Positions 1-7,286 of a stretch of DNA of 44,280 nucleotides are shown one piece after another. The stretch lies in NCBI GenBank assembly GCA_040901675.1, contig JBBDYJ010000009.1, forward strand, positions 1-44,280. The letters are read 5' to 3'. Both the position numbers and the translations under genes were made by a program. The stretch is from Pirellulales bacterium. Its GTDB lineage: Bacteria > Planctomycetota > Planctomycetia > Pirellulales > JAICIG01. The notes beneath the pieces are model-generated. The model did no database searches and had not been told where the DNA came from. It saw only the letters and a list, made by a program, of their open reading frames with translations. Numbering within the stretch: position 1 is the first letter of the stretch; every line of letters begins with the position of its first letter.

Positions 1-52
1 GCACGTCGCCCGGGCTCTGGAACGTTCGCAGGATGATTTTTTTCGCGTCCAT
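1..52 (-). CDS. 5' end of a gene running off the window; probable glycosyltransferase family 9 (heptosyltransferase-like) protein
   Basis: ATG at 52, 15 nt after the S8 protease stop, reads MDAKKIILRTFQSPGDV. This resembles the N-terminal beta-strand plus (S/L)GD motif of GT9 enzymes. Only 17 codons are visible. Confidence 0.45.
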   Translation of the reverse strand, partial: MDAKKIILRTFQSPGDV

Positions 53-66
53 GAAATTCCGCCGAC

Positions 67-1110
67 CTATTTGTCCCTGGGCACCAGCACAAACGCCGCC
101 GGCTGGCCGCCGATTTCCACATCCCAGCGGAGTCCGGCCCAGGGGGGCGGCTCCGGCGGGCTGACTTCGTTCAGCATGCTGCCTGGATTGATGAGGCCGT
201 AGCCGTAGGCCGGGTCCTTGCCGGGCGAGCCGGCGTCGTCGGCCGTGCGGGCCAGGTGCTCCCGCAACTGCTCGACGGAGTTGATCGGTGTTGCGCCGCC
301 CGCGGCGCGGTGCTTCGAGAGCATCAGCGCCACCACGCCCGTCACAAACGGCGTGGCCATGCTCGTGCCGCTCAGCTTCGCGTACCTGCCGCCCGGGTAC
401 GTCGAGAGCACATCCTGGCCGGGCGCCGCGATGTCTACTTCTTCCCCTCGGCTCGAGAACGGCGCCACCCGCCCATGCCGGTCGACGGCCGCCACGGCGA
501 TGGTCTCGCTGTAGCGGCCCGGATAATCGACCGAGTCGTCCGCCCCGTTGTTTCCAGCGGCCCCGTTGTTCCCAGCAGCACAGACGACAAAAATCCCTTC
601 GGCCAGTGCGCGGCGGATTGCCGAGTGCATCCGCGGACCGGGCGACGGGCTGCCCAGGCTCATGCTGATCACGTCGGCCTTGTTGGCTATCGCCCAGTCG
701 ACGCCGTCGGCCACCCAGCTCTCCAGCCCCGCGCCGTCGTCGGCCAGCACCTTGGCCGCCAGCAGGCCGCCGCCGTTTTCGGCCAGGCCGGGGCAGATGC
801 CGACAACTCCCGTATCGTTCTGCCGGGCGGCCACCACGCCTGCCACGTGCGTGCCGTGCCCCACGCCGTCGCGCCACGCCAGGGGCGAGCCGGTAAAGTC
901 GCGGGCCGCCAGCAGAGTGTTTTGCAAATCGGGGTGGTCGTCGTCGATGCCCGTATCGAGCACCGCCACGCGTATTCCGCTGCCGCGCGTGATGGTCCAG
1001 ACGTCGGGCACGCCGAACAGGACGAGGCCCCAGTCGATCGTCTCGGCCAGCGCCGACAGCACCAGCTCGGTGCGGTATGGCGGCAGGCGGTAAATCGGTT
1101 CTCGTTTCAT
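67..1110 (-). CDS. S8 family subtilisin-like serine protease, intracellular (ISP-like)
   Basis: Catalytic motifs VAVLDTG (Asp), HGTHVAG (His), AAGN (oxyanion Asn) and GTSMATP (Ser). No signal peptide or long propeptide; short N-terminal extension with RLPPY. Confidence 0.95.
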   Translation of the reverse strand: MKREPIYRLPPYRTELVLSALAETIDWGLVLFGVPDVWTITRGSGIRVAVLDTGIDDDHPDLQNTLLAARDFTGSPLAWRDGVGHGTHVAGVVAARQNDTGVVGICPGLAENGGGLLAAKVLADDGAGLESWVADGVDWAIANKADVISMSLGSPSPGPRMHSAIRRALAEGIFVVCAAGNNGAAGNNGADDSVDYPGRYSETIAVAAVDRHGRVAPFSSRGEEVDIAAPGQDVLSTYPGGRYAKLSGTSMATPFVTGVVALMLSKHRAAGGATPINSVEQLREHLARTADDAGSPGKDPAYGYGLINPGSMLNEVSPPEPPPWAGLRWDVEIGGQPAAFVLVPRDK

Positions 1111-1138
1111 GACGGCTCTTTCGTGCCATGGCCTCGAT

Positions 1139-1555
1139 TCAAGCCAGGCCGCGCAATCTCCGGATCAGCTCGATCAGTTCCAGCACGATCGGCAGCCAGT
1201 CGAGGAAGCCGGCCACGTCGACTTCCACGCTGTCCGAGCCTTCCACCGCGGTCAGCCGCAGCCGGCCGTCATGCGGCTGGCCCTCGACCACCAGCATTCC
1301 GGCCAGGTAGCGGACAATCGCCAGCACGATCTGGAAGACCGTTTCGTCGGTGAGGACCAGGCCAATCCGCCGGACCAGCTCGTCATCCAGTCCCAGGAAG
1401 GCGGCCAGCTCCAGCACCACGGCGATCGCCTTCTTCAGGCCCTCGGGCGTGGTCAGCGGCTCATCGATCGCGCCGATGGCGGCGATCAGCCGCAGCAGCT
1501 CGCGAAGTTTTTCGAACAGTGAAGGCGGCAGGACAGGTCTTTGGATCGGCGCCAT
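1139..1555 (-). CDS. hypothetical helical protein with amphipathic C-terminus (~138 aa)
   Basis: ATG at 1555 preceded by AGGGAG SD; GC3-rich codons; Leu/Ile-rich helices ending in FLDWLPIVLELIELIRRLRGLA; co-oriented 28 nt upstream of the protease. Confidence 0.8.
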   Translation of the reverse strand: MAPIQRPVLPPSLFEKLRELLRLIAAIGAIDEPLTTPEGLKKAIAVVLELAAFLGLDDELVRRIGLVLTDETVFQIVLAIVRYLAGMLVVEGQPHDGRLRLTAVEGSDSVEVDVAGFLDWLPIVLELIELIRRLRGLA

Positions 1556-1701
1556 GATGGCCACTCCCTGGTTGGTTGGTTTTCACTCGGGCTAGTCTCG
1601 ATTGGACTCTTGCCCATCGTTGCTTTCTGTAATCACCTATCCCGCGAGACCGCCGCCGTTGGGAACAAAACCGAAAGAATCGTGATTTTTTGGCAAATTA
1701 G

Positions 1702-2007
1702 TCATCGGACGAGCCATGAAACGGCCGCATTGAGCACCGCGGCGATGATCGCGCCCCAAAGCAGCGCCGCCTGTTTGCGCCGCCGGTTGGCGCCGCGCTC
1801 CAGCCGATCGATGCGCAGCCGCAAACCGGCGTGCCCGTTTCCCAAAAACAGCGACTCCAGGTGCTTGATGTCGCCCCGCAACTCCTGTTCGAGGCGGGTC
1901 ACATGGCTGCGCAACACCTCGACGTGCGTCGCCAGTGCATGGTCGCACTGCTCCATCTGTTCCAGCTTCGCCCGGATTAACGACAGATCTTCTCGGATTT
2001 GGTCCAT
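1702..2007 (-). CDS. small coiled-coil protein with C-terminal transmembrane helix (XhlA/holin-like architecture)
   Basis: Heptad-rich N-terminus, GNGHAG turn, RIDRLE, basic RRRK, then hydrophobic AALLWGAIIAAVLNAAVSWLV. Confidence 0.75.
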   Translation of the reverse strand: MDQIREDLSLIRAKLEQMEQCDHALATHVEVLRSHVTRLEQELRGDIKHLESLFLGNGHAGLRLRIDRLERGANRRRKQAALLWGAIIAAVLNAAVSWLVR

Positions 2008-2079
2008 CGCAATGCTCGCCTTGGCATAGATGTTGCGCGTTTGCGACCATGTCCCGCGGAGGCCGGTTGATCGTCTGCC

Positions 2080-2200
2080 CCAAACGTTCGGGGAATTTGA
2101 GCGGCTCGCGGATCTTCCAAGAGCCGGCGATCAACCGCAGCAGCTCGCGCATGCGGTTCAACTGCTGGGGCTGCAGGGTGCCGTATGTCGTCGTAGGCAT
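2080..2200 (-). pseudogene. degenerate paralog of the N-terminus of the 1139-1555 gene
   Basis: ATG at 2200 with GAGGAG SD. MPTTTYGTLQPQQLNRMRELLRLIAGSWKIREPLKFPERL aligns ungapped from Met with MAPIQRPVLPPSLFEKLRELLRLIAAIGAIDEPLTTPEGL. Similarity is then lost and the frame runs over the 1702-2007 gene. Confidence 0.6.
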
Positions 2201-2286
2201 AGTCCAAGCTCCTCTTGATCGCCGCTTCACATTCAGAGGGGCACCCGTGCCATCCAGCGCGGTCCGAAGACGCGCCCGATGTTGCG

Positions 2287-2334
2287 TCCCTATTAGTAAA
2301 GTGCCACTGCTAGCACGATTTCTTCCAAGAAATG
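2287..2334. repeat. copy A of ~47-bp direct repeat with internal palindrome (candidate promoter/operator)
   Basis: TCCCTATTAGTAAAGTGCCACTGCTAGCACGATTTCTTCCAAGAAATG; differs from 3694-3740 by one indel and one substitution; contains ATTTCTT-CC-AAGAAAT. Confidence 0.9.
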
Positions 2335-2640
2335 AAAAGATTCTTCAAGATTTCTTGGACTCGCGCCTAGGAGATGCCCGAGCGGAGCCAAGCGGCGCAG
2401 CATGGCCAGACAGCGAGAGCACGGGTGCTGATCCGGAAAGCTTTTAGACTAGGAGGCCTTGCTCAACGCCCGCTACGCAGGGAGCGTCTTCGAGGGGCAA
2501 TGACGCGCCGCGCGGAGAGCCGGCCCTCAGAGTGCCGGTTGGCGCGAGCCTATGACGGTTGGCGCATGGTGCGAAGAGAGTCGTCCGAGAGCCGGAGAGG
2601 AGGGTGCGAGAGAGCTTTGAGATCTTGACGCCCGTCAGGA

Positions 2641-2994
2641 TCAATCGACCAGGCGGCGCCCGCCGTGGATCTTGCGGGCATCGCGGGTACCTTGCTGCTG
2701 TGTGCGTTCTTCGGCTCGGCGCACGATGTCCGCGATTCGCCTTGCCTCATCGGGGATCGGAGCGGGACCCGAAGATCGCTTCTGTTCGTACTGCTCGAGA
2801 CGGCGGATGATGTCCGCGACGCGCTTCGCGGTAGTATCGGGGTCCCTGGCCGGGTCGGGAAAGGAATCGGCGCATGCTCGAAGCAATCGTTCCAACGCAA
2901 GGTCGTCGGCGGAGCAGTCCGGACCCTCCTGATTGCCCTCGCAAGCCTTGCCGCTCATTACGGTCCTCCGCTTCTTTGAGTCTGAAAGATTCAT
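2641..2994 (-). CDS. hypothetical soluble protein downstream of ECF sigma (anti-sigma position), with internal repeat
   Basis: Starts 24 nt after the sigma stop; two similar helices PDTTAKRVADIIRRLEQ and PDEARRIADIVRRAEE; no TM segment. The start could be the internal Met13. Confidence 0.6.
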   Translation of the reverse strand: MNLSDSKKRRTVMSGKACEGNQEGPDCSADDLALERLLRACADSFPDPARDPDTTAKRVADIIRRLEQYEQKRSSGPAPIPDEARRIADIVRRAEERTQQQGTRDARKIHGGRRLVD

Positions 2995-3018
2995 CTGCTC
3001 CTGATCGAGAGTAGCCGC

Positions 3019-3558
3019 TTAGAGGTATGGCCGCAAGACGTCCTTCAATTCGGCCTTGATTCGGTGCAGTCGCGAGGCGACCGTGCCCTCGGGAATCCGC
3101 ATGATCCTCCCGATTGTCCGGTAGCTGAAGTTCTCAAAATAGTACAGGACAATGATTTCCCTGTCGGGCTCGGAAAGATCGAAAATCGAGCGCAGCACGG
3201 CGTCCGTGGCGGCATGATCCGCGGGCGGCTTGGCGACGATTTCGTCCGCCGACCGTTCCCGTGGCGCATCCGACATCGGTCGGGCCTCGCGCGCAGCTCG
3301 CTTCACCAACCGGTAACACGTCCGCTGCATGATTTCATGCAGGAACGCGAAACACTGCTTCTCGACATCGGGATTACTTAGGTCCCCTCCCGCGAGGCAT
3401 TTCATCTTGGGCCGCCGCAGGAACCTGACAAAGGTCTCCTGGACTACGTCCTCGTTGTCATGCTTCATTCCGTCGGGCAGCAACACCGCCGCGGCACGCT
3501 GAAGCCGCCCAGCAAACGCCTTGTAGAGTCTCTCGACCACGGCCGCATCGGGTGCCAT
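3019..3558 (-). CDS. ECF-type sigma-70 family RNA polymerase sigma factor
   Basis: Region 2 motif EDVVQETFVRF; region 4 HTH LSEPDREIIVLYYFENFSYRTIGRIMRIPEGTVASRLHR. ATG 3558 has a GAGGAGG SD (the ORF track extends to 3669). Confidence 0.9.
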   Translation of the reverse strand: MAPDAAVVERLYKAFAGRLQRAAAVLLPDGMKHDNEDVVQETFVRFLRRPKMKCLAGGDLSNPDVEKQCFAFLHEIMQRTCYRLVKRAAREARPMSDAPRERSADEIVAKPPADHAATDAVLRSIFDLSEPDREIIVLYYFENFSYRTIGRIMRIPEGTVASRLHRIKAELKDVLRPYL

Positions 3559-3693
3559 TACAACACCTCCTCGCGCCGGTGCGCATTGCTTCCACCCGTG
3601 GGAAGGGGGCAATCGCCGTCCGGTGCTACGCGGCACGCAACCCAAATTGGGCGGATGCCGACGACTCACGCTCCAAAAGGGCGTCGAGCTGTT

Positions 3694-3740
3694 TCCCTAT
3701 TAGTAAGTGCCACTGCTAGCAAGATTTCTTCCAAGAAATG
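3694..3740. repeat. copy B of ~47-bp direct repeat, upstream of the ECF sigma gene
   Basis: TCCCTATTAGTAAGTGCCACTGCTAGCAAGATTTCTTCCAAGAAATG, near-identical to 2287-2334. Confidence 0.9.
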
Positions 3741-4160
3741 TGGAGAATTCCAGAGAAATGTGGGAAAGTGCGGCGTCTTTGCTTGCTGCGATTGGTGCGC
3801 CTACCGCAAGTCGCCACCGCTACCGCAATCGGCGTGCCAGCGCGGACAGCGGCTTGCGCGCCGGCAGCGTAAACCGTTTGGCGGATGAGCCGAGAGAGTA
3901 CAAGCGATGTCGCAAATAAGATGCGGACTTCACGCAAAAACTACAAAACGGCTGTAAAGAAGGGGACGAACCGCGGCGATTTTTTCTCCGCGCGGCTTCT
4001 CCCTCCATTCTGGACGAATGGTCCCGCGATGGAACACCACGGTCTTTGGTCCGGACCGCGGCGCCGAAGACGGAAGCACGTCGCCGCCGTCCAAGCTCTC
4101 ATGCTCGTGGACGACGGCATCCTGCTCGGTATTTCCCTCGCTCCACTCGCCAGACCCGAT

Positions 4161-4520
4161 TTACCAGGGGCCGCGGACGTAGTACACGCCAAACTGATCG
4201 GTGTGGCTGGGCCACAACGGCGTGGGCAAAAACCCCATCCCACCTTCGTAAGGTCCCGGCCAACCACGCTGGAACTGCGGCCAGATCGGCTCGACGCTGG
4301 TCTGAGCAACGCCCCAAGACCACTTGGTTTGGTACTCCGCAGTGGGTGGAACCACCAGGGCCACGGGCTGACCCCACATCGTGTGGTAGTATCCGCCGTG
4401 CCAGGTGACCGCCGAGTTGTTGGAAACCCGGCGTGGTGGATGGAAGGCCTGGGCCTCGTCGTCGGGCAGCAGCCAGGCGACGGTCAGAGCGGCCAGGAAC
4501 ACGAGCGAGCAAATTCTCAT
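4161..4520 (-). CDS. small secreted Trp/Tyr/Pro/Gly-rich hypothetical protein
   Basis: Signal-peptide-like MRICSLVFLAALTVAWLL...AQA; mature region rich in W/Y/P/G, ends GVYYVRGPW. This is the 3' part of ORF 4161-4946. Confidence 0.8.
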   Translation of the reverse strand: MRICSLVFLAALTVAWLLPDDEAQAFHPPRRVSNNSAVTWHGGYYHTMWGQPVALVVPPTAEYQTKWSWGVAQTSVEPIWPQFQRGWPGPYEGGMGFLPTPLWPSHTDQFGVYYVRGPW

Positions 4521-4588
4521 TCTTACGTCGTCCTTTTCTGGGTCGCTGGTCCGATCGAGCTCTTGCCGCGGGGCAAGGCCCGGTCCGG

Positions 4589-4897
4589 CTACCACCAAAG
4601 GACTCGGGTCCGGTTGGCGGGGATGGGGCTGCCATCCCAGCGGTAGTAGACGCGGCGGTGCCGGTACAAAAACTCGTGCGGCATCAGCGGCTGGTAAGTG
4701 ATGTAGGTGTGCCCCACCAGCGGCGGCGTCGGCCGGGGCGACACGTATAACTGGGCGGGCGGTCCGCCCGCGTAGCTCGGTGCATAGTAATTGTAGAACA
4801 AGTCGGCGCCCCGGGCGGTCTGGTGGCTTGCGCCCAGCGGCCCGAGCGCCAGCACGGCCGCCACGACCAGGGTCCACTTGATTGCTCTCTGCGCCAT
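4589..4897 (-). CDS. small secreted Tyr/Pro/His-rich hypothetical protein
   Basis: AGGAGG SD before ATG 4897; signal peptide followed by DLFYNYY...PRPTPPLVGHTYITYQPLMPHEFLY; ends RVLWW. Confidence 0.8.
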   Translation of the reverse strand: MAQRAIKWTLVVAAVLALGPLGASHQTARGADLFYNYYAPSYAGGPPAQLYVSPRPTPPLVGHTYITYQPLMPHEFLYRHRRVYYRWDGSPIPANRTRVLWW

Positions 4898-5067
4898 CGG
4901 GGATCCTCCTAGGAAAGCAGGCTTTTCGGGGGCTCCGGCGGGGCACCCAGAGTGAATCTCGGCTAGCGGCCGTGCCGGGGGTGAATCTTTGTGCGCCCGA
5001 ACGGACATGGCGGCGAGCTTTGGCTCGCTGGCCGCAAAGCCGCCTGGGAGGCCTCCGCTATAGTCGT

Positions 5068-5073
5068 TATAAT
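5068..5073 (+). promoter_or_regulatory. candidate sigma-70 -10 element for top6B-top6A
   Basis: Perfect TATAAT in a GC-rich background about 50 nt upstream of the top6B start; no clear -35. Confidence 0.35.
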
Positions 5074-5121
5074 CAGCATTCTCTCGTCAGCTTTCGCTCT
5101 CGCCCGACACGGAGGCACGCA

Positions 5122-7245
5122 TTGGCAAGCGTGAAAAAGAGTCCCACGCAAGTCCCGTCCAACAACAACCCTTCGCAACAGCCGGCCGGACCGGTCCTGT
5201 TTGCCAACGGCTCCGGCGCGCCGCCGGCAACGGCCGCCGCGCCGACCAACGGTGCGGCTCCCAAGCGCAGGCGGGCCACGGCCGAGTCGATGGCCGCCAG
5301 CCAGCGCGATATCTCGGTCAGCGAGTTCTTTGCCAAGAACCGGCACCTGCTGGGCTTCGACAACCCGCGCAAGGCGCTCTTGACCACGATCAAGGAAGCG
5401 GTCGACAACTCGCTGGACGCTTGCGAAGAAGCGGGCATCCTGCCCGAGGTCTGGGTCCACGTCGAGCAGACGTCGCCCAACCGCTACAAGGTGGGGGTGC
5501 AGGACAACGGTCCGGGGATCCTGAAATCGCAGATCCCCAACATCTTCGGCAAGCTCTTGTACGGATCGAAGTTTCACCGCTTGCGAATGAGCCGCGGCCA
5601 GCAGGGCATCGGCATCAGCGCGGCCGGCATGTACGGAGTGCTCACCACCGGGCAGCCGGTGAAGATCATCTCCAAGGTCTCGCCCCGCAAACCGGCCCAT
5701 TACTACGAAATCCAGATCGACACCAAGAAGAACAAGCCGGAGATCCTCAACGGCCGCGGCGAGGGGGTCGACATTCCGCCCGGACAAGAGGGCCGCAAGG
5801 TCATCGAGAAGCACGGCATCGAGTGGATCGAGTCGGACCATGGCACCCGGGTGACGATCGCCTTGGAGGCCCGCTACACGCGCGGCCGCGGCAGCGTGGA
5901 CGACTACCTCCAGCAGACCGCGATTGCCAACCCGCACGTCCGCATGCACTACATCGACCCCGACGGCAACGAAACGCTCTACGAGCGGGCCAGCGAGTCG
6001 CTGCCGCCCGAGCCAACGGAGATCAAGCCCCATCCCTACGGCATCGAGCTGGGAATGCTGGTGACCATGCTCAAGGACACCAAGGCGCCGACCCTTTCGC
6101 AGTTTCTCTCCGGCAGTTTTTCGCGGGTCAGTTCGGGCGCGGCGAAGCGGATCTGCGCGGCGGCCGGCTTGAGCACGCGCGCCAACCCGCACAAGATCGG
6201 ACGCCACGAGGCCGACGCACTCTACCAGGCGATCCAGAAGACCCGCATCGCCCCGCCCGCCACCGACTGCATCTCGCCGATCGGCGAGCAGTTGCTCCTC
6301 AAGGGGCTGCACCACGTGGTGCCGGGCGAATTCTACGTGGCCGCCACCCGCCCCCCGGCCGTGTACCGCGGCAACCCCTTTGCGATCGAGGTGGCCCTGG
6401 CCTACGGCGGCGCCAGCACGGCCCAGAAGGTCTCGCTCGAAGCGCTGACCGAACTGTTGGGCGAAAGCGACGCCCGCACGCTGCGGCAGTTCCTGGTGAA
6501 CACGTTCAACGGCCTGGGTCCCGACGCGGCCGAAAAAATCGTCAAGGAGGCGGGCCTCGGGCTGCGGGTCACTCCCGCCCGGCTCAAGCCGGCCGACGTG
6601 GCCCGCCTGCACGCCGCGATGCGTTCAGTCAGCCTGGATGAAGGCCAGACCATGACCCTGATGCGGTACGCCAACCGCGTACCGCTGCAGTTTCAGCAAG
6701 GTGCCTGCGCCATCACGCAGAGCATCACCGCCACCAACTGGCGCGCCTACGGGCTCAGCCAGTCGCGAGGCTCGATGCCCGCCGGCCCGGTGACCATCAT
6801 GGTGCACATGGCCAGCGTCTGGGTGCCATTCACCAGCGAATCGAAGGAAGCGGTGGCGGCCTACCCGGAAATCCAGCGCGAGCTGCGGCTGGCCCTGCAG
6901 TCGGTGGGCCGCAAGCTGAGCATGTACCTGCGGCGGCGGCTGAAGGTAAGGCAGGAAGGCGAGCGGCGCACGTTGTTCATGCGTTACCTGGGAGAAGTGG
7001 CCACCGCCGTCAGCGAGATCAACCACGTCGACCGCGACGCGCTCTACGAGCAGCTCAAGGAAGTCGCCAAGCGCAAGACCGCCCAGGCCGACGTCAAGCT
7101 GGACAAGCGCGGGCGGCCCATTCTGGAAGAGGAACAGGAAGATTTTGGCGACAACGTGCTGATCGTGGGGCAATCAGAAACGCTCACTCCAACCGCCGGC
7201 GGTCCCGGCGCCGCCGTGCGCGACACGACCGAGGGGGCAAGCTAG
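5122..7245 (+). CDS. top6B: DNA topoisomerase VI subunit B
   Basis: ISVSEFFAKNRHLLGF, GHKL motifs KEAVDNSLDA, DNGPGI, SRGQQGIGIS, GTRV; H2TH; transducer RYANRVPL and VPFTSESKEA. TTG 5122 has a GGAGG SD. Confidence 0.95.
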   Translation: MASVKKSPTQVPSNNNPSQQPAGPVLFANGSGAPPATAAAPTNGAAPKRRRATAESMAASQRDISVSEFFAKNRHLLGFDNPRKALLTTIKEAVDNSLDACEEAGILPEVWVHVEQTSPNRYKVGVQDNGPGILKSQIPNIFGKLLYGSKFHRLRMSRGQQGIGISAAGMYGVLTTGQPVKIISKVSPRKPAHYYEIQIDTKKNKPEILNGRGEGVDIPPGQEGRKVIEKHGIEWIESDHGTRVTIALEARYTRGRGSVDDYLQQTAIANPHVRMHYIDPDGNETLYERASESLPPEPTEIKPHPYGIELGMLVTMLKDTKAPTLSQFLSGSFSRVSSGAAKRICAAAGLSTRANPHKIGRHEADALYQAIQKTRIAPPATDCISPIGEQLLLKGLHHVVPGEFYVAATRPPAVYRGNPFAIEVALAYGGASTAQKVSLEALTELLGESDARTLRQFLVNTFNGLGPDAAEKIVKEAGLGLRVTPARLKPADVARLHAAMRSVSLDEGQTMTLMRYANRVPLQFQQGACAITQSITATNWRAYGLSQSRGSMPAGPVTIMVHMASVWVPFTSESKEAVAAYPEIQRELRLALQSVGRKLSMYLRRRLKVRQEGERRTLFMRYLGEVATAVSEINHVDRDALYEQLKEVAKRKTAQADVKLDKRGRPILEEEQEDFGDNVLIVGQSETLTPTAGGPGAAVRDTTEGAS

Positions 7246-7286
7246 CGCGCTCGGAAAAACCTGCACCCAGCAATAGAAAACTACCT

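Noticed and set aside
2444..2644. 66-aa ORF overlapping the 117-aa gene stop
   Set aside because: TTG start, atypical codon usage and no motif; cannot be supported as a gene.
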